Positions 14,601 through 29,600 of a stretch of 64,000 bases of DNA are shown here, one piece after another; position 1 is the stretch's first letter, and the number at the start of each line of letters is the position of its first letter. The DNA comes from Nemertoderma westbladi (Eukaryota > Animalia > Xenacoelomorpha). Position numbers and translations under genes: made by a program. A model generated the notes under the pieces. It did no database searches, was not told where the DNA came from, and worked only from the letters and a program-made list of their open reading frames with translations. The stretch is taken from NCBI GenBank assembly GCA_032718475.1, contig JAUCBJ010007601.1, forward strand, positions 1 through 64,000, given 5' to 3'.

Positions 14601-17600
14601 TCTAATAGGCCTACAGTACTACAACATTATCTACTGCATCGTTTAATAGGCCTAAAGTACTACTACATTATCTACTACATCGTCTAATAGCCCTACAGTA
14701 CTACGACATTATCTACTGCATCGTCTAATAGGCCTACAGTACTACAACATTATCTACTGCATCGTTTAATAGCCCTACAGTACTACTACACTCTCTCCTG
14801 CATCGTCTAATAGGCCTACAGTACTACTACATTATCTCTGCATCGTCTAATAGGCCTACAGTACTACTACATTATCTACTGCATCGTCTAATAGGCCTAC
14901 AGTACTACTACACTCTCTCCTGCATCGTCTAATAGGCCTACAGTACTACTACATTATCTACTGCATCGTCTAATAGGCCTACAGTACTACTACACTCTCT
15001 CCTGCATCGTCTAATAGGCCTCCAGTACTACTACATTATCTCTGCATCGTCTAATAGGCCTACAGTACTACTACATTATCTCTGCATCGTCTAATAGGCC
15101 TACAGTACTACTACATTATCTACTGCATCGTCTAATAGGCCTACAGTACTACTACACTCTCTATTGCATCGTCTAATAGCCCTACAGTACTACTACACTC
15201 TCTATTGCATCGTCTAATAGGCCTACAGTACTACTACATTATCTACTGCATCGTCTAATAGGCCTACAGTACTACTACATTATCTACTGCATCGTCTAAT
15301 AGGCCTACAGTACTACTACATTATCTACTGCATCGTCTAATAGGCCTACAGTACTACTACATTATCTACTGCATCGTCTAATAGGCCTACAGTACTACTA
15401 CATTATCTACTGCATCGTCTAATAGGCCTACAGTACTACTACACTCTCTATTGCATCGTCTAATAGCCCTACAGTACTACTACACTCTCTATTGCATCGT
15501 CTAATAGCCCTACAGTACTACTACATTATCTACTGCATCGTCTAATAGGCCTACAGTACTACTACATTATCTACTGCATCGTCTAATAGGCCTACAGTAC
15601 TACTACATTATCTACTGCATCGTCTAATAGGCCTACAGTACTACTACACTCTCTATTGCATCGTCTAATAGCCCTACAGTACTACTACACTCTCTATTGC
15701 ATCGTCTAATAGCCCTACAGTACTACTACATTATCTACTGCATCGTCTAATAGGCCTACAGTACTACTACATTATCTACTGCATCGTCTAATAGCCCTAC
15801 AGTACTACTACATTATCTACTGCATCGTCTAATAGGCCTACAGTACTACTACACTCTCTATTGCATCGTCTAATAGGCCTACAGTACTACTACATTATCT
15901 ACTGCATCGTCTAATAGGCCTACAGTACTACTACATTATCTACTGCATCGTCTAATAGCCCTACAGTACTACTACACTCTCTATTGCATCGTCTAATAGC
16001 CCTACAGTACTACTACACTCTCTATTGCATCGTCTAATAGCCCTACAGTACTACTACACTATCTACTGCATCGTCTAATAGCCCTACAGTACTACTACAT
16101 TATCTACTGCATCGTCTAATAGCCCTACAGTACTACTACATTATCTACTGCATCGTCTAATAGCCCTACAGTACTACTACACTCTCTATTGCATCGTCTA
16201 ATAGCCCTACAGTACTACTACACTCTCTACTGCATCGTCTAATAGCCCTACAGTACTACTACACTCTCTACTGCATCGTCTAATAGGCCTACAGTACTAC
16301 TACATTATCTACTGCATCGTCTAATAGCCCTACAGTACTACTACACTCTCTATTGCATCGTCTAATAGGCCTACAGTACTACTACATTATCTACTGCATC
16401 GTCTAATAGCCCTACAGTACTACTACACTCTCTACTGCATCGTCTAATAGGCCTACAGTACTACTACACTCTCTATTGCATCGTCTAATAGCCCTACAGT
16501 ACTACTACACTCTCTATTGCATCGTCTAATAGCCCTACAGTACTACTACATTATCTACTGCATCGTCTAATAGGCCTAAAGTACTACTACATTATCTACT
16601 GCATCGTCTAATAGCCCTACAGTACTACTACATTATCTACTGCATCGTCTAATAGGCCTACAGTACTACAACATTACCTACTGCATCGTCTAATAGGCCT
16701 ACAGTACTACTACATTATCTACTGCATCGTCTAATAGCCCTACAGTACTACTACATTATCTACTGCATCGTCTAATAGGCCTACAGTACTACTACATTAC
16801 CTACTGCATCGTCTAATAGGCCTACAGTACTACTACATTATCTACTGCATCGTCTAATAGGCCTAAAGTACTACAACATTATCTACTGCATCGTTTAATA
16901 GCCCTACAGTACTACTACACTCTCTATTGCATCGTCTAATAGCCCTACAGTACTACTACACTCTCTATTGCATCGTCTAATAGCCCTACAGTACTACTAC
17001 ATTATCTACTGCATCGTCTAATAGCCCTACAGTACTACTACACTCTCTACTGCATCGTCTAATAGGCCTACAGTACTACTACACTCTCTATTGCATCGTC
17101 TAATAGCCCTACAGTACTACTACACTCTCTATTGCATCGTCTAATAGCCCTACAGTACTACTACATTATCTACTGCATCGTCTAATAGCCCTACAGTACT
17201 ACTATATTATCTATTGCATCGTCTTATAGCCCCACAGTACTACTACACTCTCTATTGCATCGTCTAATAGGCCTACAGTACTACTACACTCTCTATTGCA
17301 TCGTCTAATAGGCCTACAGTACTACTACACTCTCTACTGCATCGTCTAATAGGCCTACAGTACTACTACACTCTCTACTGCATCGTCTAATAGGCCTACA
17401 GTACTACTACACTCTCTATTGCATCGTCTAATAGCCCTACAGTACTACTACACTCTCTACTGCATCGTCTAATAGGCCTACAGTACTACTACACTCTCTA
17501 TTGCATCGTCTAATAGGCCTACAGTACTACTACACTCTCTACTGCATCGTCTAATAGGCCTACAGTACTACTACACTCTCTACTGCATCGTCTAATAGGC

Positions 17601-20600
17601 CTACAGTACTACTACACTCTCTATTGCATCGTCTAATAGCCCTACAGTACTACTACACTCTCTACTGCATCGTCTAATAGCCCTACAGTACTACTACATT
17701 ATCTACTGCATCGTCTAATAGCCCTACAGTACTACTATATTATCTATTGCATCGTCTAATAGCCCTACAGTACTACTACACTCTCTATTGCATCGTCAAA
17801 TAGGCCTACAGTACTACTACACTCTCTATTGCATCGTCTAATAGCCCTACAGTACTACTACATTATCTACTGCATCGTCTAATAGGCCTACAGTACTACT
17901 ACACTCTCTATTGCATCGTCTAATAGCCCTACAGTACTACTACATTATCTACTGCATCGTCTAATAGCCCTAAAGTACTACTACATTATCTACTGCATCG
18001 TCTAATAGCCCTACAGTACTACTACACTCTCTACTGCATCGTCTAATAGGCCTACAGTACTACTACACTCTCTATTGCATCGTCTAATAGCCCTACAGTA
18101 CTACTACACTCTCTATTGCATCGTCTAATAGCCCTACAGTACTACTACATTATCTACTGCATCGTCTAATAGCCCTACAGTACTACTACATTATCTACTG
18201 CATCGTCTAATAGGCCTAGAGTACTACTACATTATCTACTGCATCGTCTAATAGCCCTACAGTACTACTACATTATCTACTGCATCGTCTAATAGGCCTA
18301 GAGTACTACTACATTATCTACTGCATCGTCTAATAGCCCTACAGTACTACTACAGTACATTATCTACTGCATCGTCTAATAGGCCTACAGTACTACTACA
18401 TTATCTACTGCATCGTCTAATAGGCCTACAGTACTACTACATTATCTACTGCATCGTCTAATAGGCCTACAGTACTACTGCATTATCTACTGCATCGTCT
18501 AATAGGCCTACAGTACTACAGCATTATCTACTGCATCGTTTAATAGGCCTAAAGTACTACTACATTATCTACTGCATCGTCTAATAGCCCTAAAGTACTA
18601 CTACATTATCTACTGCATCGTCTAATAGGCCTACAGTACTACTACATTATCTACTGCATCGTCTAATAGCCCTAAAGTACTACTACATTATCTACTGCAT
18701 CGTCTAATAGGCCTACAGTACTACTACATTATATACTGCATCGTCTAATAGCCCTACAGTACTACTACATTATCTACTGCATCGTCTAATAGCCCTACAG
18801 TACTACTATATTATCTACTGCATCGTCTAATAGGCCTACAGTACTACTACATTATCTACTGCATCGTCTAATAGCCCTACAGTACTACTACACTCTCTAC
18901 TGCATCGTCTAATAGGCCTACAGTACTACTGCATTATCTACTGCATCGTCTAATAGGCCTACAGTACTACTACATTATCTACTGCATCGTCTAATAGCCC
19001 TACAGTACTACTACATTATCTACTGCATCGTCTAATAGCCCTACAGTACTACTACACTCTCTACTGCATCGTCTAATAGGCCTACAGTACTACTACATTA
19101 TCTACTGCATCGTCTAATAGCCCTACAGTACTACTACACTCTCTACTGCATCGTCTAATAGGCCTACAGTACTACTACATTATCTACTGCATCGTCTAAT
19201 AGCCCTACAGTACTACTACATTATCTACTGCATCGTCTAATAGGCCTACAGTACTACTACATTATCTACTGCATCGTCTAATAGGCCTACAGTACTACTA
19301 CATTATCTACTGCATCGTCTAATAGGCCTACAGTACTACTGCATTATCTACTGCATCGTCTAATAGGCCTACAGTACTACAGCATTATCTACTGCATCGT
19401 TTAATAGGCCTAAAGTACTACTACATTATCTACTGCATCGTCTAATAGCCCTACAGTACTACTACATTATCTACTGCATCGTCTAATAGCCCTACAGTAC
19501 TACTACATTATCTACAGCATCGTCTAATCGGCCTACAGTACTACTACACTATCTATTGCATCGTCTAATAGGCCTACAGTACTACTGCATTATCTACTGC
19601 ATCGTCTAATAGGCCTACAGTACTACAGCATTATCTACTGCATCGTTTAATAGGCCTAAAGTACTACTACATTATCTACTGCATCGTCTAATAGCCATAC
19701 AGTACTACTACATTATCTACTGCATCGCCTAATAGGCCTACAGCACTACTACATTATCTACTGCATCGTCTAATAGGCCTACAGTACTACAACATTATCT
19801 ACTGCATCGTTTAATAGGCCTAAAGTACTACAACATTATCTACTGCATCGTTTAATAGGCCTAAAGTACTACTACATTATCTACTGCATCGTCTAATAGG
19901 CCTACAGTACTACAACATTATCTACTGCATCGTCTAATCGGCCTACAGTACTACTACACTCTCTATTGCATCGTCTAATAGCCCTACAGTACTACTACAC
20001 TCTCTATTGCATCGTCTAATAGGCCTACAGTACTACTACATTATCTACTGCATCGTCTAATAGCCCTACAGTACCACTACACTCTCTATTGCATCGTCTA
20101 ATAGGCCTACAGTACTACTACATTATCTACTGCATCGTCTAATAGGCCTACAGTACTACTACACTCTATTGCATCGTCTAATAGCCCTACAGTACCACTA
20201 CACTCTCTATTGCATCGTCTAATAGCCCTACAGTACCACTACACTCTCTATTGCATCGTCTAATAGGCCTACAGTACTACTACATTATCTACTGCATCGT
20301 CTAATAGGCCTACAGTACTACTACACTCTCTATTGCATCGTCTAATAGCCCTACAGTACTACTACACTCTCTATTGCATCGTCTAATAGCCCTACAGTAC
20401 TACTACATTATCTACTGCATCGTCTAATAGCCCTACAGTACTACGACATTATCTACTGCATCGTCTAATAGCCCTACAGTACTACTATATTATCTACTGC
20501 ATCGTCTAATAGCCCTACAGTACTACTACACTCTCTATTGCATCGTCTAATAGCCCTACAGTACTACTACACTCTCTATTGCATCGTCTAATAGCCCTAC

Positions 20601-23600
20601 AGTGCTACTACATTATCTACTGCATCGTCTAATAGGCCTACAGTACTACTACATTATCTACTGCATCGTCTAATAGCCCTACAGTACTACTACACTCTCT
20701 ACTGCATCGTCTAATAGGCCTACAGTACTACTACACTCTCTATTGCATCGTCTAATAGCCCTACAGTACTACTACACTCTCTATTGCATCGTCTAATAGC
20801 CCTACAGTACTACTACATTATATACTGCATCGTCTAATAGCCCTACAGTACTACTACATTATCTACTGCATCGTTTAATAGGCCTAAAGTACTACTACAT
20901 TATCTACTACATCGTCTAATAGCCCTACAGTACTACTACATTATCTACTGCATCGTCTAATAGGCCTACAGTACTACAACATTACCTACTGCATCGTCTA
21001 ATAGGCCTACAGTACTACTACATTATCTACTACATCGTCTAATAGCCCTACAGTACTACTACATTATCTACTGCATCGTCTAATAGGCCTACAGTACTAC
21101 AACATTACCTACTGCATCGTCTAATAGGCCTACAGTACTACAACATTATCTACTGCATCGTTTAATAGGCCTAAAGTACTACAACATTATCTACTGCATC
21201 GTTTAATAGCCCTACAGTACTACTACACTCTCTATTGCATCGTCTAATAGCCCTACAGTACTACTACACTCTCTATTGCATCGTCTAATAGCCCTACAGT
21301 ACTACTACATTATCTACTGCATCGTCTAATAGGCCTACAGTACTACTACATTATCTACTGCATCGTCTAATAGCCCTACAGTACTACTACACTCTCTACT
21401 GCATCGTCTAATAGCCCTACAGTACTACTACATTATCTACTGCATCGTCTAATAGCCCTACAGTACTACTACACTCTCTATTGCATCGTCTAATAGCCCT
21501 ACAGTACTACTACACTCTCTATTGCATCGTCTAATAGCCCTACAGTACTACTACACTCTCTATTGCATCGTCTAATAGCCCTACAGTACTACTACATTAT
21601 CTACTGCATCGTCTAATAGCCCTACAGTACTACTACACTCTCTATTGCATCGTCTAATAGCCCTACAGTACTACTACACTCTCTATTGCATCGTCTAATA
21701 GCCCTACAGTACTACTGCACTCTCTATTGCATCGTCTAATAGCCCTACAGTACTACTACACTCTCTACTGCATCGTCTAATAGGCCTACAGTACTACTAC
21801 ACTCTCTATTGCATCGTCTAATAGCCCTACAGTACTACTACATTATCTACTGCATCGTCTAATAGCCCTACAGTACTACTACATTATCTACTGCATCGTC
21901 TAATAGCCCTACAGTACTACTACATTATCTACTGCATCGTCTAATAGCCCTACAGTACTACTACACTCTCTATTGCATCGTCTAATAGCCCTACAGTACT
22001 ACTACACTCTCTATTGCATCGTCTAATAGCCCTACAGTACTACTACACTCTCTATTGCATCGTCTAATAGCCCTACAGTACTACTACACTCTCTACTGCA
22101 TCGTCTAATAGGCCTACAGTACTACTACACTCTCTATTGCATCGTCTAATAGCCCTACAGTACTACTACACTCTCTATTGCATCGTCTAATAGCCCTACA
22201 GTACTACTACATTATCTACTGCATCGTCTAATAGCCCTACAGTACTACTACACTCTCTATTGCATCGTCTAATAGGCCTACAGTACTACTACACTCTCTA
22301 CTGCATCGTCTAATAGCCCTACAGTACTACTACATTATCTACTGCATCGTCTAATAGGCCTACAGTACTACTACATTATCTACTGCATCGTCTAATAGCC
22401 CTACAGTACTACTACACTCTCTACTGCATCGTCTAATAGCCCTACAGTACTACTACACTCTCTACTGCATCGTCTAATAGCCCTACAGTACTACTACATT
22501 ATCTACTGCATCGTCTAATAGCCCTACAGCACTACTACACTCTCTACTGCATCGTCTAATAGCCCTACAGTACTACTACATTATCTACTGCATCGTCTAA
22601 TAGGCCTACAGTACTACTACATTATCTACTGCATCGTCTAATAGGCCTACAGTACTACTACACTCTCTATTGCATCGTCTAATAGCCCTACAGTACTACT
22701 ACACTCTCTATTGCATCGTCTAATAGCCCTACAGTACTACTACATTATCTACTGCATCGTCTAATAGCCCTACAGTACTACTATATTATCTATTGCATCG
22801 TCTTATAGCCCCACAGTACTACTACACTCTCTATTGCATCGTCTAATAGGCCTACAGTACTACTACACTCTCTATTGCATCGTCTAATAGGCCTACAGTA
22901 CTACTACACTCTCTACTGCATCGTCTAATAGGCCTACAGTACTACTACACTCTCTACTGCATCGTCTAATAGGCCTACAGTACTACTACACTCTCTATTG
23001 CATCGTCTAATAGCCCTACAGTACTACTACACTCTCTACTGCATCGTCTAATAGGCCTACAGTACTACTACACTCTCTATTGCATCGTCTAATAGGCCTA
23101 CAGTACTACTACACTCTCTACTGCATCGTCTAATAGGCCTACAGTACTACTACACTCTCTACTGCATCGTCTAATAGGCCTACAGTACTACTACACTCTC
23201 TATTGCATCGTCTAATATCCCTACAGTACTACTACACTCTCTACTGCATCGTCTAATAGCCCTACAGTACTACTACATTATCTACTGCATCGTCTAATAG
23301 CCCTACAGTACTACTACATTATCTACTGCATCGTCTAATAGGCCTAGAGTACTACTACATTATCTACTGCATCGTCTAATAGCCCTACAGTACTACTACA
23401 TTATCTACTGCATCGTCTAATAGGCCTACAGTACTACTACATTATCTACTGCATCGTCTAATAGCCCTACAGTACTACTACAGTACATTATCTACTGCAT
23501 CGTCTAATAGGCCTACAGTACTACTACATTATCTACTGCATCGTCTAATAGGCCTACAGTACTACTACATTATCTACTGCATCGTCTAATAGGCCTACAG

Positions 23601-26600
23601 TACTACTGCATTATCTACTGCATCGTCTAATAGGCCTACAGTACTACAGCATTATCTACTGCATCGTTTAATAGGCCTAAAGTACTACTACATTATCTAC
23701 TGCATCGTCTAATAGCCCTACAGTACTACTACATTATCTACTGCATCGTCTAATAGGCCTACAGTACTACTACATTATCTACTGCATCGTCTAATAGCCC
23801 TACAGTACTACTACATTATCTACTGCATCGTCTAATAGGCCTACAGTACTACTACATTATCTACTGCATCGTCTAATAGCCCTACAGTACTACTACATTA
23901 TCTACTGCATCGTCTAATAGCCCTACAGTACTACTACATTATCTACTGCATCGTCTAATAGGCCTACAGTACTACTACATTATCTACTGCATCGTCTAAT
24001 AGCCCTACAGTACTACTACACTCTCTACTGCATCGTCTAATAGGCCTACAGTACTACTGCATTATCTACTGCATCGTCTAATAGGCCTACAGTACTACTA
24101 CATTATCTACTGCATCGTCTAATAGCCCTACAGTACTACTACATTATCTACTGCATCGTCTAATAGCCCTACAGTACTACTACACTCTCTACTGCATCGT
24201 CTAATAGGCCTACAGTACTACTACATTATCTACTGCATCGTCTAATAGCCCTACAGTACTACTACACTCTCTACTGCATCGTCTAATAGGCCTACAGTAC
24301 TACTACATTATCTACTGCATCGTCTAATAGCCCTACAGTACTACTACATTATCTACTGCATCGTCTAATAGGCCTACAGTACTACTACATTATCTACTGC
24401 ATCGTCTAATAGGCCTACAGTACTACTACATTATCTACTGCATCGTCTAATAGGCCTACAGTACTACTGCATTATCTACTGCATCGTCTAATAGGCCTAC
24501 AGTACTACAGCATTATCTACTGCATCGTTTAATAGGCCTAAAGTACTACTACATTATCTACTGCATCGTCTAATAGCCCTACAGTACTACTACATTATCT
24601 ACTGCATCGTCTAATAGCCCTACAGTACTACTACATTATCTACTGCATCGTCTAATCGGCCTACAGTACTACTACACTATCTATTGCATCGTCTAATAGG
24701 CCTACAGTACTACTGCATTATCTACTGCATCGTCTAATAGGCCTACAGTACTACAGCATTATCTACTGCATCGTTTAATAGGCCTAAAGTACTACTACAT
24801 TATCTACTGCATCGTCTAATAGCCATACAGTACTACTACATTATCTACTGCATCGCCTAATAGGCCTACAGCACTACTACATTATCTACTGCATCGTCTA
24901 ATAGGCCTACAGTACTACAACATTATCTACTGCATCGTTTAATAGGCCTAAAGTACTACAACATTATCTACTGCATCGTTTAATAGGCCTAAAGTACTAC
25001 TACATTATCTACTGCATCGTCTAATAGGCCTACAGTACTACAACATTATCTACTGCATCGTCTAATCGGCCTACAGTACTACTACACTCTCTATTGCATC
25101 GTCTAATAGCCCTACAGTACTACTACACTCTCTATTGCATCGTCTAATAGGCCTACAGTACTACTACATTATCTACTGCATCGTCTAATAGCCCTACAGT
25201 ACCACTACACTCTCTATTGCATCGTCTAATAGGCCTACAGTACTACTACATTATCTACTGCATCGTCTAATAGGCCTACAGTACTACTACACTCTATTGC
25301 ATCGTCTAATAGCCCTACAGTACCACTACACTCTCTATTGCATCGTCTAATAGCCCTACAGTACCACTACACTCTCTATTGCATCGTCTAATAGGCCTAC
25401 AGTACTACTACATTATCTACTGCATCGTCTAATAGGCCTACAGTACTACTACACTCTCTATTGCATCGTCTAATAGCCCTACAGTACTACTACACTCTCT
25501 ATTGCATCGTCTAATAGCCCTACAGTACTACTACATTATCTACTGCATCGTCTAATAGCCCTACAGTACTACGACATTATCTACTGCATCGTCTAATAGC
25601 CCTACAGTACTACTATATTATCTACTGCATCGTCTAATAGCCCTACAGTACTACTACACTCTCTATTGCATCGTCTAATAGCCCTACAGTACTACTACAC
25701 TCTCTATTGCATCGTCTAATAGCCCTACAGTGCTACTACATTATCTACTGCATCGTCTAATAGGCCTACAGTACTACTACATTATCTACTGCATCGTCTA
25801 ATAGCCCTACAGTACTACTACACTCTCTACTGCATCGTCTAATAGGCCTACAGTACTACTACACTCTCTATTGCATCGTCTAATAGCCCTACAGTACTAC
25901 TACACTCTCTATTGCATCGTCTAATAGCCCTACAGTACTACTACATTATATACTGCATCGTCTAATAGCCCTACAGTACTACTACATTATCTACTGCATC
26001 GTTTAATAGGCCTAAAGTACTACTACATTATCTACTACATCGTCTAATAGCCCTACAGTACTACTACATTATCTACTGCATCGTCTAATAGGCCTACAGT
26101 ACTACAACATTACCTACTGCATCGTCTAATAGGCCTACAGTACTACTACATTATCTACTACATCGTCTAATAGCCCTACAGTACTACTACATTATCTACT
26201 GCATCGTCTAATAGGCCTACAGTACTACAACATTACCTACTGCATCGTCTAATAGGCCTACAGTACTACAACATTATCTACTGCATCGTTTAATAGGCCT
26301 AAAGTACTACAACATTATCTACTGCATCGTTTAATAGCCCTACAGTACTACTACACTCTCTATTGCATCGTCTAATAGCCCTACAGTACTACTACACTCT
26401 CTATTGCATCGTCTAATAGCCCTACAGTACTACTACATTATCTACTGCATCGTCTAATAGGCCTACAGTACTACTACATTATCTACTGCATCGTCTAATA
26501 GCCCTACAGTACTACTACACTCTCTACTGCATCGTCTAATAGCCCTACAGTACTACTACATTATCTACTGCATCGTCTAATAGCCCTACAGTACTACTAC

Positions 26601-29600
26601 ACTCTCTATTGCATCGTCTAATAGCCCTACAGTACTACTACACTCTCTATTGCATCGTCTAATAGCCCTACAGTACTACTACACTCTCTATTGCATCGTC
26701 TAATAGCCCTACAGTACTACTACATTATCTACTGCATCGTCTAATAGCCCTACAGTACTACTACACTCTCTATTGCATCGTCTAATAGCCCTACAGTACT
26801 ACTACACTCTCTATTGCATCGTCTAATAGCCCTACAGTACTACTGCACTCTCTATTGCATCGTCTAATAGCCCTACAGTACTACTACACTCTCTACTGCA
26901 TCGTCTAATAGGCCTACAGTACTACTACACTCTCTATTGCATCGTCTAATAGCCCTACAGTACTACTACATTATCTACTGCATCGTCTAATAGCCCTACA
27001 GTACTACTACATTATCTACTGCATCGTCTAATAGCCCTACAGTACTACTACATTATCTACTGCATCGTCTAATAGCCCTACAGTACTACTACACTCTCTA
27101 TTGCATCGTCTAATAGCCCTACAGTACTACTACACTCTCTATTGCATCGTCTAATAGCCCTACAGTACTACTACACTCTCTATTGCATCGTCTAATAGCC
27201 CTACAGTACTACTACACTCTCTACTGCATCGTCTAATAGGCCTACAGTACTACTACACTCTCTATTGCATCGTCTAATAGCCCTACAGTACTACTACACT
27301 CTCTATTGCATCGTCTAATAGCCCTACAGTACTACTACATTATCTACTGCATCGTCTAATAGCCCTACAGTACTACTACACTCTCTATTGCATCGTCTAA
27401 TAGGCCTACAGTACTACTACACTCTCTACTGCATCGTCTAATAGCCCTACAGTACTACTACATTATCTACTGCATCGTCTAATAGGCCTACAGTACTACT
27501 ACATTATCTACTGCATCGTCTAATAGCCCTACAGTACTACTACACTCTCTACTGCATCGTCTAATAGCCCTACAGTACTACTACACTCTCTACTGCATCG
27601 TCTAATAGCCCTACAGTACTACTACATTATCTACTGCATCGTCTAATAGCCCTACAGCACTACTACACTCTCTACTGCATCGTCTAATAGCCCTACAGTA
27701 CTACTACATTATCTACTGCATCGTCTAATAGGCCTACAGTACTACTACATTATCTACTGCATCGTCTAATAGGCCTACAGTACTACTACACTCTCTATTG
27801 CATCGTCTAATAGCCCTACAGTACTACTACACTCTCTATTGCATCGTCTAATAGCCCTACAGTACTACTACATTATCTACTGCATCGTCTAATAGCCCTA
27901 CAGTACTACTATATTATCTATTGCATCGTCTTATAGCCCCACAGTACTACTACACTCTCTATTGCATCGTCTAATAGGCCTACAGTACTACTACACTCTC
28001 TATTGCATCGTCTAATAGGCCTACAGTACTACTACACTCTCTACTGCATCGTCTAATAGGCCTACAGTACTACTACACTCTCTACTGCATCGTCTAATAG
28101 GCCTACAGTACTACTACACTCTCTATTGCATCGTCTAATAGCCCTACAGTACTACTACACTCTCTACTGCATCGTCTAATAGGCCTACAGTACTACTACA
28201 CTCTCTATTGCATCGTCTAATAGGCCTACAGTACTACTACACTCTCTACTGCATCGTCTAATAGGCCTACAGTACTACTACACTCTCTACTGCATCGTCT
28301 AATAGGCCTACAGTACTACTACACTCTCTATTGCATCGTCTAATATCCCTACAGTACTACTACACTCTCTACTGCATCGTCTAATAGCCCTACAGTACTA
28401 CTACATTATCTACTGCATCGTTTAATAGGCCTACAGTACTACTACACTCTCTATTGCATCGTCTAATAGGCCTACAGTACTACTACACTCTCTACTGCAT
28501 CGTCTAATAGGCCTACAGTACTACTACACTCTCTACTGCATCGTCTAATAGGCCTACAGTACTACTACACTCTCTATTGCATCGTCTAATATCCCTACAG
28601 TACTACTACACTCTCTACTGCATCGTCTAATAGCCCTACAGTACTACTACATTATCTACTGCATCGTCTAATAGGCCTACAGTACTACTACACTCTCTAC
28701 TGCATCGTCTAATAGGCCTACAGTACTACTACACTCTCTATTGCATCGTCTAATATCCCTACAGTACTACTACACTCTCTACTGCATCGTCTAATAGCCC
28801 TACAGTACTACTACATTATCTACTGCATCGTTTAATAGGCCTACAGTACTACTACACTCTCTATTGCATCGTCTAATAGGCCTACAGTACTACTACACTC
28901 TCTACTGCATCGTCTAATAGGCCTACAGTACTACTACACTCTCTACTGCATCGTCTAATAGGCCTACAGTACTACTACACTCTCTATTGCATCGTCTAAT
29001 ATCCCTACAGTACTACTACACTCTCTACTGCATCGTCTAATAGCCCTACAGTACTACTACATTATCTACTGCATCGTCTAATAGGCCTACAGTACTACTA
29101 CACTCTCTACTGCATCGTCTAATAGGCCTACAGTACTACTACACTCTCTATTGCATCGTCTAATATCCCTACAGTACTACTACACTCTCTACTGCATCGT
29201 CTAATAGCCCTACAGTACTACTACATTATCTACTGCATCGTTTAATAGGCCTACAGTACTACTACACTCTCTATTGCATCGTCTAATAGGCCTACAGTAC
29301 TACTACACTCTCTATTGCATCGTCTAATAGGCCTACAGTACTACTACACTCTCTATTGCATCGTCTAATAGGCCTACAGTACTACAACATTATCTACTGC
29401 ATCGTCTAATAGCCCTACAGTACTACTATATTATCTATTGCATCGTCTAATAGCCCTACAGTACTACTACACTCTCTATTGCATCGTCTAATAGGCCTAC
29501 AGTACTACTACACTCTCTATTGCATCGTCTAATAGGCCTACAGTACTACTACACTCTCTATTGCATCGTCTAATAGCCCTAAAGTACTACTACATTATCT

